From the NCBI GenBank assembly GCA_008690995.1, contig VRMN01000001.1, positions 2,666,001-2,730,000 on the forward strand: DNA of 64,000 nt, given 5' to 3'. This document shows positions 44,255 through 55,105 of this stretch, one piece after another. Under the pieces are notes generated by a model that ran no database searches, was not told the origin of the DNA, and saw nothing but the letters and a program-made list of their open reading frames with translations. The stretch comes from Porphyridium purpureum (lineage: Eukaryota). Position 1 is the first letter of the stretch, and each line of letters opens with the position of its first letter. The position numbers and the translations under genes are program-made.

Positions 44255-47197
44255 ATGCAGCGACAGCGCGACGGCGTGGCGCCAAGCGATGGCTCGGAGC
44301 GCGGCAGCAGTGCTGAGAGCGTCCAACACACGCCACAGCGCGCAGATAAGCGCCGTGCTGGAGGCTCCGGCTCGGGCGCGGGCTCCTCGCAGCACGAAGG
44401 CAGTAGCGGCGGCACCTTGTTTGCGACGCCAGAGCAAGACATGCACACCTCCGCGAAGCATGCGGCGCGCAACAGCGAGTCACTGACGCTCGACACCGAT
44501 GAGTTTCGCGAGCATGCCTCTGCGGATAGCTCACGGGAGGCACAACCAGTCGACGCGCCACAAACGCTTCTTGCGACAAAATGGAACTCTCATGTGGACC
44601 ATTGGCAGAGCGGCGACGAATATTCGGCAGAAGACGCGCCCACTCCGCCACCCACACATCCTTATGCCGCGGCGTCGGCGAGGCCCACGACATTTTGCCC
44701 GCCAACGCCGTACAAGTCGCCCGCGGCGCGAAGAATCGTGCACCTCATGATGCCCGCCGAGGAGGACGACGAGCAAGCCTACATGACACCTTCACCGAAT
44801 AGCAACACACGTGTCGTGGTAGGTGGAACGGCAGGCGGCGAGGGTGCTCCGCTCGCCGCGCTGTGCTCGGGGTCTAGGTTGCGCGAGGTTGAGGTGGTGG
44901 TGAACGACGATAGCTCACAGAGCTTTGGAGAAATGCTCCAGCAGCAGACATCGTTTCCAAAGCTCATCTTGGAAGAATCAGACTATGAGTCAAGCAAGCC
45001 AGAGGTCCAGGCCACGGACATTGAAGGCGAAAGCCATGACAGAATGCAGGAAGATGATGGCACAGGTGCCGCGCCAGGAGAAATTGAGAGCGCAAAGCGC
45101 TTGCGCTCGGTAGGGCCCGGTTCGGAGGCGACTGGCATGGCGTTCAAGCGGCTGCGAGTGACGCCGACGGAGCAGCAAGCTTCAGGCAAAGGCGACGAGA
45201 GTGAATATGCTGAGCAAGATGAAGAGCAGGGGCAGAAGGAACAGATTCTGCGAACACAGGAGCTCGAAATCCTGGACGAAATGACTAGGACATCTGGACC
45301 ATTGCCGACCACAGTGGTGCCGCCTCCTTTTTCGGTGGAAGGTGGACATCCATTCAACATGTCGACGACGACATCAGAGCACGGACCAGGACATGCACGT
45401 CCAGTTTCGCGACGCATTTTTACATCAGATGCGGCTGACGAGTTATCCCAGCAGGTGAGCGGGTTGTGTGAAATGCACGTGCGAGAAGTGCGCGACAGCA
45501 AATCCAAGTCCTCTGCGGCGGCAGGAGCCTCGTGTGACGCATGCTCGGTCGCAAGTCTACTGTCCGTGCAGCGAGCCCGAGATCGCGAGCATTCGTCACC
45601 GCCCCGGCGCGGCACCGCCTCAGCACATCATCCACCGCTGCATCCTGCCCATCAGCATCATGCGCCTTCGCGAACTGTGAAGGCTGACACCAGTGGCCGC
45701 GACTCCATGGCCGCAGAAACGCATCACGACAGCGCGTCGGCGCGGGGAGGCAGAGGTGGTCGAGCGGCAGTTGCACCAGAGTTTTCGCCACCGCGACACG
45801 GCGTAGCCGGTCCAAGTTTTCCCATGTCCGTGGACCGGGCAACCATGCGTTTCACGGTGCACAGGGAGACATGGAACAGCGTACTTAAGACACGCTCGAA
45901 TGTCATTGGCTCGCGCCCCACTCCGTTGCGACTCAGCATCAACCCCTTCTCGCCTGATGTAAGGCAAAAGCTACGCAAGGACGCGGCTGACAGAGAAGGC
46001 TCGCGCGATGTTTTGGAAGCGCCATCTGCAGCAGAGCAGAGTAAGGATGAACGTTTGGTTAGGCCTGCAAGGACCCTGTCTGTGGAAAAAGGGAGCGTCA
46101 ACCGGGCATTACTGCAACAACAGCAAAGGCAAGAAAGTCAGCAGGCCTTGCCTACCAGTCAGCAACCACCACCGAGAGGAGGACTGCAGCATTCTGCAAC
46201 CGTGCCCGTGATGAACTCTGCGGGCCGAAGCAGCAGGCTTGAAATCTTTGCCCCACCGCCGACGATATCACGATACAAAGAAGATTTTGAAGAAATTGAG
46301 GAGATCGGTGTGGGTTCGTTCGGGCGCGTGTATCGTTGTCGGCGGCGGATCGATGGGTGGGACTACGCAGTGAAAGCGATCAAGCGAAAAATTCGTGGGC
46401 CCTCAGATCGCGAAAATGTGTTGCGAGAAGTCTACGCGCTCGCCGCGCTTGTGAACAACAAGCACGTTCTTCGCTACTACTCGGCGTGGATCGAGGACGA
46501 GCTTTTGTATATCCAGACTGAGTACTTGCGGGGCTCGTCTATTGTTGAAGGATGGAAGACGGGTGAGCTTGTTTTTGACGAGCTTGAGGTGTGCGACTTG
46601 ATCTTCCAGATCGCATCCGGCTTGCACTACATGCATTCGCAGAAGCTCGTGCACCTTGACATCAAACCGGAAAATTTGTTTCGCACCTCGGACGGCGTTT
46701 ACAAGATTGGTGATCTCGGTCTGACCACTTTCAGCGAGGAGGCCGACGAGCACGAGAGCTCCACGCCGCAGATCGATCTGCAGGAGGGCGACTCGCGGTA
46801 TCTATGCCAGAAAGTTTTGAATGGAGACTATCGCCACCTCACGAAAACAGACATATTTGCGCTTGCCCTTTCAGCATACGAATTGGCGCATGGACCAGAT
46901 TTCATGTTGCCGTGCATGGGTCCAACGTGGCGCAAGATTCGAAACGAAGGCCTGGACCCGGTACTCGGACTGTCTGCTGAGATGAACGCCTTGCTTTTCC
47001 AAATGGCGCACCCGGAGCCAGCGCAGCGGCCCACCGCCCTCCAGCTCATGCAGCATCCGCTCATGCACAATTCGTTGCGCATGCAGCGACTCGATCCCGA
47101 AAGTCGCGCAGAGTTTGGCGCCTTGCAAGCAAAGGTTGAGCGACTGCAGAAGTTGCTGCGTCAGCATGGCATCGATTATTCCGAAGCTGACGCATGA
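44255..47197 (+). CDS. WEE1: Wee1-like protein kinase
   Basis: Long disordered N-terminus with SINPFSP; SRYKEDF, GVGSFG, HLDIKPEN, KIGDLG and the Wee1-specific EGDSRY; first ATG at 44255. Confidence 0.95.
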   Translation: MQRQRDGVAPSDGSERGSSAESVQHTPQRADKRRAGGSGSGAGSSQHEGSSGGTLFATPEQDMHTSAKHAARNSESLTLDTDEFREHASADSSREAQPVDAPQTLLATKWNSHVDHWQSGDEYSAEDAPTPPPTHPYAAASARPTTFCPPTPYKSPAARRIVHLMMPAEEDDEQAYMTPSPNSNTRVVVGGTAGGEGAPLAALCSGSRLREVEVVVNDDSSQSFGEMLQQQTSFPKLILEESDYESSKPEVQATDIEGESHDRMQEDDGTGAAPGEIESAKRLRSVGPGSEATGMAFKRLRVTPTEQQASGKGDESEYAEQDEEQGQKEQILRTQELEILDEMTRTSGPLPTTVVPPPFSVEGGHPFNMSTTTSEHGPGHARPVSRRIFTSDAADELSQQVSGLCEMHVREVRDSKSKSSAAAGASCDACSVASLLSVQRARDREHSSPPRRGTASAHHPPLHPAHQHHAPSRTVKADTSGRDSMAAETHHDSASARGGRGGRAAVAPEFSPPRHGVAGPSFPMSVDRATMRFTVHRETWNSVLKTRSNVIGSRPTPLRLSINPFSPDVRQKLRKDAADREGSRDVLEAPSAAEQSKDERLVRPARTLSVEKGSVNRALLQQQQRQESQQALPTSQQPPPRGGLQHSATVPVMNSAGRSSRLEIFAPPPTISRYKEDFEEIEEIGVGSFGRVYRCRRRIDGWDYAVKAIKRKIRGPSDRENVLREVYALAALVNNKHVLRYYSAWIEDELLYIQTEYLRGSSIVEGWKTGELVFDELEVCDLIFQIASGLHYMHSQKLVHLDIKPENLFRTSDGVYKIGDLGLTTFSEEADEHESSTPQIDLQEGDSRYLCQKVLNGDYRHLTKTDIFALALSAYELAHGPDFMLPCMGPTWRKIRNEGLDPVLGLSAEMNALLFQMAHPEPAQRPTALQLMQHPLMHNSLRMQRLDPESRAEFGALQAKVERLQKLLRQHGIDYSEADA

Positions 47198-47506
47198 GTA
47201 GACAAAGCGGTCCGGCGTATCCTCAGAAGAGGTTTGTGATTTTAGAGCGTGGAAGGCTATTTCGGGTAAGTTGTGTCGGCAAGCAGCACGCGGAGGCTAG
47301 CTTAGATGGCTGCGCCGAAACTTCCACCCGCCAATGTTGAAGGCGTGTCGCGAGCATGGCATGCACGTGTGTAATTTAGAATAAACTCGAGCGAGAGGCG
47401 TCACGCACTGGATTTGCTTCGATGTTCCTGTTCCTTTCCAGTCCTCTGCCGTGTGGGTGGCTGTTCCAATCTAAATGCCCCCAGTAGATCATTTGTGTTC
47501 TCATGG

Positions 47507-49009
47507 ATGTTTGGGGGTACCTTGTTCCGCGAGCATGGCATGGTGGCAAACACAGCAGTCCGCGCTACGAATCTGCGGCGATTTCGACTGCGGGTCGGTC
47601 GCGCGTGTGCACGAGGCGGCGTCTTTACCTTGGTGAGCGCGATGCTTGTCGGTGTTTTGACGCTTGTATTTGTGTTTTTGCGAGTCGACATTGGCCGTAG
47701 CAGCGGACCCAATGACGAAATGCAGCACGACGTTCGTTCGTTTCGAGTTTATCAGCAGAGCCGCAAGGGCAAGGCCGATGAGGTGCAGCCGAACGACGCG
47801 CACCAGCACCACCCGTGGTACATGGCGTCCAGTCGAGTGCGTGGCGGCGATTTTAGGTTAGAGAATAGCGACCATTTGGTCGAAAGAAATGGCAGCCGCG
47901 TGCCACAGTCGTACCGGTCTGCACATGGCTGGACATCATCATGCTGGCCACGCGATCGACCAGGCACCAGCGGCCTAGACGACGGACGAAACCGAGAAGA
48001 GTACGGCAGCGCTGACATTGTTCTGCCAAGAATACCCCAGTTGCTGGATGCCGAGCGCTTTGGTGTGGGCAAGCAAGTGGCCGGTGTGTACAATACTTCA
48101 CGTTCTGCGTACGACCCGTGCAGCGTTCCTTGTCGAGTGCAGGCGTCCAGCGAAGAACAGCCTCACGCGCTGGTTCAAGTGATGGAAACGCTGAGCACGA
48201 TAAGCGGCAGCAGTGGTGGCGGAGGTTTGTCGCAACAGCAGCAGCTACTGCGGCGGATTGCACGCGGACGGCCTCAGGACTTGCCAGCGCTGGCCAGCAA
48301 GCGTTGTGGGCGGTTGCCGAAGGCAGTCCTGTGGTTGGAGAGTGCTCAAATTGAAATGACAGAGGAGCTGCTGGAGCTGTACGACGTGATTATCGGGCCG
48401 CGGGCCGACTCGGATCTGCAGGTCATTGCGGTTAATGAGGAGCACTACAATGTGCTCTCTGAGCCGAGTGACGAGGCGCGCGCCGGCACGGCGGCAGTTT
48501 TCTTGTCGCACTGCACGCCGGAGCGAGCAGCTGTGATCCACGAGCTGTGGCGCGCGGGGCTGAGCGTGGACTCGTTTGGCAAGTGCTTGCCGAACGCCGC
48601 TGTGCCGCCGGGCGTGCAGACGCTTGCGTGGCAAGAGCAGAAACGCGCAGTGCTGCGCAAGTACACGTTCACGGTGGTGGTCGAGGCGGCACGCGGGGTG
48701 CGCGACATGGTCAGCGAGCAGATGTACGACGCCATTGTGGCCGGGAGCGTGCCCGTGGTGTTCGGGGCGCCCAACGTGCGCGAGTTTGCGCCCGCGGACG
48801 AATCGTACATTGACGCGGCGCGCTTTCCGTCTGCGCGCGCGCTGGCCAACTACCTGCGCGGCCTGCTGCTCGACCCGATCCGGCTCGAAATGTTCACGCG
48901 CCGGTGGAAAGCCCGCGGCGTCAGCCGCAACTTCCAAGCGCTGCTGCGCCGCACGTCCTCCACGCACATCGCGTGCCGTCTGTGCCACCATCTCTCCCAA
49001 CACCTCTGA
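47507..49009 (+). CDS. GT10 (alpha-1,3/4-fucosyltransferase-like) type-II membrane glycosyltransferase with divergent motif
   Basis: N-terminal TM; FLSHC, VDSFGKCL, KYTFTVVVE..DMVSEQMYDAIVAGSVPVVFGAPNV and SYIDA; start at 47507 or 47540. Confidence 0.85.
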   Translation: MFGGTLFREHGMVANTAVRATNLRRFRLRVGRACARGGVFTLVSAMLVGVLTLVFVFLRVDIGRSSGPNDEMQHDVRSFRVYQQSRKGKADEVQPNDAHQHHPWYMASSRVRGGDFRLENSDHLVERNGSRVPQSYRSAHGWTSSCWPRDRPGTSGLDDGRNREEYGSADIVLPRIPQLLDAERFGVGKQVAGVYNTSRSAYDPCSVPCRVQASSEEQPHALVQVMETLSTISGSSGGGGLSQQQQLLRRIARGRPQDLPALASKRCGRLPKAVLWLESAQIEMTEELLELYDVIIGPRADSDLQVIAVNEEHYNVLSEPSDEARAGTAAVFLSHCTPERAAVIHELWRAGLSVDSFGKCLPNAAVPPGVQTLAWQEQKRAVLRKYTFTVVVEAARGVRDMVSEQMYDAIVAGSVPVVFGAPNVREFAPADESYIDAARFPSARALANYLRGLLLDPIRLEMFTRRWKARGVSRNFQALLRRTSSTHIACRLCHHLSQHL

Positions 49010-49110
49010 CACAAGCCCCACCCTCCCAAAACCGCCACCGCTGTACACCCTTTGCAGCCTCACTGAACACCCACTGTACTTTCTCCTTTTCTGCGCGTGT
49101 GAAATTTATA

Positions 49111-49136
49111 TGTGTGTCTGTGTGTGTGTGTGTGTG
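49111..49136. repeat. (TG)n microsatellite
   Basis: Visible TG run with one interruption. Confidence 0.85.
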
Positions 49137-49790
49137 CATGCATCTTCCCTAAGCAGACAAGTGCGGCGGCGCTGTGTGCAGGCGCGCTTTGCTGCAGCTT
49201 GTGCGAGTCCGAACGAGCGTGTGTTTGTCGTTCTGGTTCGTGTTGTTCTTGTTTTTATTGTTTGTTATTGAGACGATGCGCACGCAGCGTGTAACCCAGA
49301 ACCAGGACGTAGACCCCCCACCAAAAAGCGATACCAAAACCCACCAAAACGCGTCAGCAGCCAGCCGCAGCGGCGTGGTACTGGCGGATGAGAAAATTCC
49401 ACGGAGGCGGTTACACGTGACACAAGGGCAAACAATTCAGCGCATTGGGGCGTCTTTCTTGTTCTGGCGTGCGTTCAAGTCTACGTTTCGGTGCGTGGGC
49501 TGGGCCTGGGGCTGGGGCTGGTGCGTCTTGCGGCGACTCGCGCATTTCTCATGTTGAGCCTGGCGTGAAAGCAAGAGCAGGCGTGTGACGTGGAGCCGAC
49601 AGCAGCAAAAATCTACAAAGGACGTGCAAGCGCGGCGTGGGATGGAAGGTTCGGGACATGGCGCAACGGGAAGGCTATTCGGTGGATGTGGGATCGGACG
49701 GACGCAGTGCGGAACGCAAGGGCCGGGGTGGGGGAAGGGAGACAACTGACGGAAGCAGGCTCACGTGCAGGCTGAGAGAAAGAAGAAAGG

Positions 49791-50384
49791 ATGGGAGTTG
49801 AAAAGGTGCTGGACGCCGACGCGGCGTGTCTGCAGGAGCGGCTCGTGTTTGCCGCGTTCATGCTCGGCCCGCTGCTCGTGGGCATGAGCGTCGCGTACTA
49901 CACGCGCAATGATGTGGTCGGGTGGTACCAGCAGGTGCGCAAGCCCACGGGAGCGCCGCCGGATTGGCTGTACGGCCCCGCGTGGACCGCGCTCTACGTC
50001 ACCATGGGCTACGCTGCGTACCGCGTCTTTGAAACGAGCGTCGCACAGCAGTCGGTGCCGTTGCTGGCAATCGTCATGTTTGGCGTGCAGTTTGTTCTCA
50101 ACCAGTGCTGGTCGCTCTGCTTCTTCTCGCTCAAGCGCTGGGATGTCGCGCTGCTTGATATCTCGCTCCTCTGGCTCGCCATTTTGGGCACCGCCTTGGC
50201 ATTTGCCCAGATCGAGCGCCTCGCAGGACTGCTCCTCACTCCGTATCTCGGGTTTGTCTCCGTAGCCGCGCTGCTGAACATCGGCTTCATCCGGGAGAAC
50301 CGCCAGAGCGACATGGTGGGAGTCTTCAAAAAATCTGCCGCCTCGACGGTAACATCCTCGGTCGCGAGCAAGAAGGTCGAGTAG
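49791..50384 (+). CDS. TSPO: Translocator protein (TspO/MBR family)
   Basis: WYQQVRKP..APPDWLYGPAWTALY, LNQCWS.CFF and AGLLLTPYL. Confidence 0.95.
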   Translation: MGVEKVLDADAACLQERLVFAAFMLGPLLVGMSVAYYTRNDVVGWYQQVRKPTGAPPDWLYGPAWTALYVTMGYAAYRVFETSVAQQSVPLLAIVMFGVQFVLNQCWSLCFFSLKRWDVALLDISLLWLAILGTALAFAQIERLAGLLLTPYLGFVSVAALLNIGFIRENRQSDMVGVFKKSAASTVTSSVASKKVE

Positions 50385-50473
50385 GTCCGCATTGTCCCTG
50401 TCGCATCGCTTTGGAAACGTGTTTCATAGACTACTCTGTCACATACACTTTAAAGAAATTGAGCGAGACGCAA

Positions 50474-51172
50474 CTAGTTGTATCTCTGACTTTCGGTCAC
50501 CTCTGGATTCGTGAGGTGTTCGTGGTATGCGTTCTTCACAATCTTCCAGAATTCCTCCTTCTCGTCGTCCGGGACGCACTCCATGATCGAGCAAAACGTC
50601 ACCCATTTGGCCACAGCCTCCCCACCTGGTTTCAGCAACGAACCGGTGAGGAATTCCGTGGGCCCTCCATGTGTGACACAGATCATGGCGCCGTCCGGCT
50701 CTCCCGTCAGCGTGCGTGCCAACAGCGTGCGCATTACGCCTTTGCACCGGTCCCAGGCATCAGCGGGGGTCTCTGGGAAGGCAGGGCGTTCCATAATGGG
50801 AGTGTACTCGGTACTGACTGCGCGAAACTCAAGAGCGAGTTGCTCTGCCGTGCGAAAGTTCGGAGGCGAGGCGCCAAAGTATTCCTCAAACATCCATTCA
50901 CTCAGGCCGGGCTCCACAAACACTGGTAGGTCCAAGTGCGCAGCGATCTGGCACGCGGTTTGCACGGTGCGCGTAAACGGAGAGGTGTAGATGGCGCGGA
51001 CGTGCGCGCGCGGTTTCAGGTCCGTGAGCAAAAACTGGCCCGTCTCATCTGCCTGCTGCAGGCCCAGCTCGGTCAGCGGCGGGTCATGAGGATTCTTGGC
51101 CGTCCGCTTCCAGTCCGGATCGACAAAATCGATCCGCTCCCCGTGTCGAATCACCAGAACGTGCTTCCCCAT
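50474..51172 (-). CDS. Histidine phosphatase (phosphoglycerate mutase) family protein
   Basis: IRHGERID, DPPLT, SPFTRTVQTA, EPGLSE and VTHGG. Confidence 0.92.
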   Translation of the reverse strand: MGKHVLVIRHGERIDFVDPDWKRTAKNPHDPPLTELGLQQADETGQFLLTDLKPRAHVRAIYTSPFTRTVQTACQIAAHLDLPVFVEPGLSEWMFEEYFGASPPNFRTAEQLALEFRAVSTEYTPIMERPAFPETPADAWDRCKGVMRTLLARTLTGEPDGAMICVTHGGPTEFLTGSLLKPGGEAVAKWVTFCSIMECVPDDEKEEFWKIVKNAYHEHLTNPEVTESQRYN

Positions 51173-51734
51173 CCTTTCGGCCACCACCAAACAACTACCC
51201 GACTTCCCTGTCTGTTGCTCCTTCAGTTGGCCCTCCAGTCAAGCTTCGAATATAACCGCACATAGCAAACCATATCAAAACACCACCGCTTCGATATGAA
51301 AGTGGGATTCGAGCGCTGACACGACCTTGGTCAAGCGTACAACGCGCACTCTGTGCCCTGCTGATCACGCTGTGCGAGTGAGCTCGTATCCGCTTCCTGA
51401 TCCACAAGTCGCGAAGGTCGACGTTGAGCGCCTGCATAATCTCAGGAAATGGGAGCGTTCCTTCCTCTGCACACGTGCTTCGCACTAGAGCAGGGACGAC
51501 AACTCCCCAATTGACTATGGTGTTTGTTAATCGAAGCCTAGAACTCGAAGTAACACGGCAGGAGCAACTGGACGTGGGTCCTGTCCAAGCAAGTAGATAA
51601 AGGTTCGCGTCTGATATGTCCGTGCTCCGGACGACCATGACGCAAAAGTTTCTTCACTTTAGAGTCCGCTCCAGCACTTTCTTCGAGAGAAAGGGAGAAG
51701 CGAGGTCATGTTATTATCCTACTAGTGCAAAGGG

Positions 51735-53468
51735 TCAAAAGTTATCCGTCACGTCATGCACCTCCTCGTCGACTTCCTCACCGGCAATCCCAGTCTTGCG
51801 CAAGAGCGCGGCCTGCACGTAGCTCTGCGGCACGCGCTCCGCACTTACCATCGCGTCCTCAGCAAGCACCTCTTCCGCGCGCTCAAGGAAGCTTGAGACA
51901 ATGCTCAAATGCTGCGCGTTGTATTGCTGGCCCCAACGTGTATACTCGGCCGCAGTCGAATAGTGCTTCACGACAATCGTACTTTGCTTGGCGCGATCAT
52001 TCATCCACCGCAATAACATCTGCGAATTGAGAATTGGATTCCGCCCGCGCAGATGGTAGTGGTCAATCATATTGCGTTCCTGCTTCTTCCAATCCTTCGG
52101 GGTCGTATTCTTGGCCACGGACTTGCCGTACTTGCGCACGACCAGACGAAAGTAACCCAGCAGATTCGACGCAGCCTTGTTGCTCAGTCGCCTAATGTCT
52201 TTGTGAACTTCGCCGGCCGGCATCATCTCGTACTTGTTGTTCTTGTTCCCCATCATGGTGGTCCACGGCTGGATGATGCTACCCTTCAGCTTGTTGCGCT
52301 CCCGAATCACATTTTCGTCCACGAGACGTTTCTGCTCCATAGGAGCGATGAAAAAGTGCTGCTCATAGTCAAAATAGTCCTCCAAGAAGGCGTAAAAGAC
52401 CCGGAACCATTCAAAAAATAGATCAATGTCCTCTCGATCCAAATCCAGAATCATTCGATCCATGAGCGAGAGAATCTTGAACATGTCGATCATTTCATAC
52501 CTAATCGCGTTCTGCGGAAACGCAAAGAGATCTACCGCCCAATGCTTACCCATTTCCTGAAGCAGAATCGCAGGCGCCGAGTATTCGTTCGCCTTCTGAA
52601 GCTTCATATTCATGAACGCCGCCGAGTGGCTCGCGGCCGCACGTGGCGCAGCACGTGGAGAGGCGTTGTCTGGCGAATCTGGTGGCGCTTGAACGATCCC
52701 GTCTTCATTCTCCATGCTTTGCCCCACGTCTTGTGGCAAAAACTTCTTGAAGCTTTCTGAACTTCCGAACTGGCGCATCGACGTGGATGTGCCAATCAGT
52801 ACAACTCCAGTATCTTCCGGCAACGCTTCTGGCATGTTTTGCGGTTCCATCTTCTCGCGCGAAGTAGTGCGAGAAAGCTTACCCCCAGTGCCGCTGCCGC
52901 TGCTGTGCTTCGAACTGAAACTGCGCGCCATGTTCTTTTCGCCTAGGCCGCTCGACTTTGACGAGGAGCGGAACATCGCCCCCGAACCCTTGAAAGAGCC
53001 GCGCAAGGCGCCAAGACTTCCGCCTGACGGCGGCTCGGAGTCACTGATCTTCTTTTTCGACACGGATGCGTTCAAGGAGGTCTTCTTGTTGAACTCATCT
53101 GCACTCATGTGCTGTGTCAATGTCGCTGGAGCAGAGCTCTGCGGCGGCAGGGCGCTCTTACCCGAATTGCCCGATCGCGGCATCGCTTCGGAGGAATTTG
53201 GCCGGTTGATCTTTTCATCTGATGAGCCACTCCGAAAACTGCTGGACAGCTTCCTCATAAAGGTCCTACCAGTACCTGCCGGCGGCGCCGCTCCCGAGGC
53301 GGCACTAGTTTCATCGGCCGAGCTCATCTTGGCAGGAGGTTTCTTACTGGAGGCCACGGACCCGGAGCCCGGCTCTGATGCGTCGACACTGCCAGCGCCA
53401 AGCAAATCGGACGACCCCATACGCTGAAACGTGCGGGCCTTTTGACCGGCTTTTGCCACTTTGTCCAT
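51735..53468 (-). CDS. Protein with disordered N-terminus and hemerythrin-like helical C-terminal domain (red-algal family)
   Basis: WAVDLFAFPQNAIRYEMIDM, FFEWF and YFDYEQHFFIAPME resemble the W.xD...PHNAIR.E family; first ATG at 53468. Confidence 0.7.
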   Translation of the reverse strand: MDKVAKAGQKARTFQRMGSSDLLGAGSVDASEPGSGSVASSKKPPAKMSSADETSAASGAAPPAGTGRTFMRKLSSSFRSGSSDEKINRPNSSEAMPRSGNSGKSALPPQSSAPATLTQHMSADEFNKKTSLNASVSKKKISDSEPPSGGSLGALRGSFKGSGAMFRSSSKSSGLGEKNMARSFSSKHSSGSGTGGKLSRTTSREKMEPQNMPEALPEDTGVVLIGTSTSMRQFGSSESFKKFLPQDVGQSMENEDGIVQAPPDSPDNASPRAAPRAAASHSAAFMNMKLQKANEYSAPAILLQEMGKHWAVDLFAFPQNAIRYEMIDMFKILSLMDRMILDLDREDIDLFFEWFRVFYAFLEDYFDYEQHFFIAPMEQKRLVDENVIRERNKLKGSIIQPWTTMMGNKNNKYEMMPAGEVHKDIRRLSNKAASNLLGYFRLVVRKYGKSVAKNTTPKDWKKQERNMIDHYHLRGRNPILNSQMLLRWMNDRAKQSTIVVKHYSTAAEYTRWGQQYNAQHLSIVSSFLERAEEVLAEDAMVSAERVPQSYVQAALLRKTGIAGEEVDEEVHDVTDNF

Positions 53469-55105
53469 TGTTCCCCTACTCTCGTATGTTGGTCCCGCCA
53501 CCCGATTTCCGTGATCCACCTGCGACTATTTTCGGTCCAAGAGCCAAGTACTAGAAAACCAGGAAAGCGCGTCGTCCTGACAATCCGTGTCCGCCGCTCC
53601 TTGTCTTCCCTTTTCTCTCAAGCCACTGGGCCGCAGGTTTCGTGACGCGGCTGCCTGTAGCGTCGTCCAGTCGCCGCACAACCCACCAAACAAGAACGCC
53701 ACCCCCAAGCCCACACCCGAGACCTCTCATGCGGTGCGCGCACGCCTCCCTCGGTCTGTCTGCGTGGATAAGCCGGTCCTCCCTCCCTCCCTTTTCTTCC
53801 TCGCTCCGCCTCTACCCACCCTAAAAGCACTCACCGCATCAACTTATCAGCGCGCTGACACCACAGAACAACCAAACACCAAGTACCAAACACTCAACGT
53901 TTCAATTCCACACGGTGCGAGCTCACGGGACATCGCGCCGTTTCCGATCAAACGCGCCTGTTTTCATATAGAGCGACACCATTTTTAGATTTTGGGGCGC
54001 GCGCGGGACTGCGTGTTAGCTGCGGGTAAAGGCGAAGCCGTGCCGATCGACATGACAGGCGCTTCGTCGCATGCCGTGGACATGGCCACAATGGTGTTCC
54101 GTCTGGATCGCCGCCCTGGAACACGGTGTCCTGAGGATTTCGGAGCGTGGGTGAAGCACCTCGTGCACGGACTTTTGGTTGAATGGCGATCTCTGCACGC
54201 AGCGCGCTTGCCAGTCCCGATTCCAGGTCGATTTGAAATTTGTGTGTCAGCGGAGAATCACTGCACGCCCTGAAGTTGATCGCTACTTGAACCTCCAATG
54301 TGAGTGGGTCCGGGGGCCTAGCATGTGGTTGTCTGCTTCATCCTCGACGAGCGCAGGTTCATCGAAAAAACACGTTCGCTACGTCGTTGCCCAGTCTTGA
54401 AATCGAAGCAGCCAATCGTGCATGAAGTTCCGAATGGCCTTGCGGTGCCACGCCAGGCGCTGGAAAGTGGCCGAGTCCACAAACTACACTGACACGATCC
54501 GAATGATTGCGCATCCCTTTTTTCTACGAGCACGCGTCTGGCGACGACAGCAGTCGTCAAGCGCTGCCGTCCTTCGGATGTAAACCTGCAAGTGTGCACG
54601 CTTTATTTTCGGCTTACCAACGGTGAAGCTCAAACCCATGTGGTGACCAGCGGCGCATAGATCGACCATGGTTCCCGGAATGCACCCGCTGTTGTCACGC
54701 ATGGAGCAGACATCTTCTGAAGTACATCAGAAAATCGAGCAAGAGAAAGCTTCATGTGCTGCACTTTGCGATGGGATGCTCTGCACAGCACGCATCTTCA
54801 TCCATTTTTCGCATTGTGTTTGTGCAAGCTTGATGCGACATGCGCAATGCCAGGCAGCCAGCGCAACACCAAAGGTCTCTTTGCCCATTCCTTGCGGCTC
54901 GGCCGTGCGCGTTCCAGCGCGCGTACACTTTCGCGGCCTGTCATTTTCGGCCGTGTTGCTGTGCTGCAGCGTCTTGCCTGTTTCTGTTCAATGACAGAAC
55001 GGAGCGACATGGACGCTTCTGCTCCGGCAGCTAGCATTTCTCGCGGTCAGGTCGTATGATGGAGTTTACTGGACTTGGATCGGTTTCTCCAACAGAACCC
55101 GAATC

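Noticed and set aside
43536..44486. 316-aa ORF upstream of and overlapping WEE1
   Set aside because: Non-ATG start, runs through a microsatellite and GT-rich leader, and has no domain.
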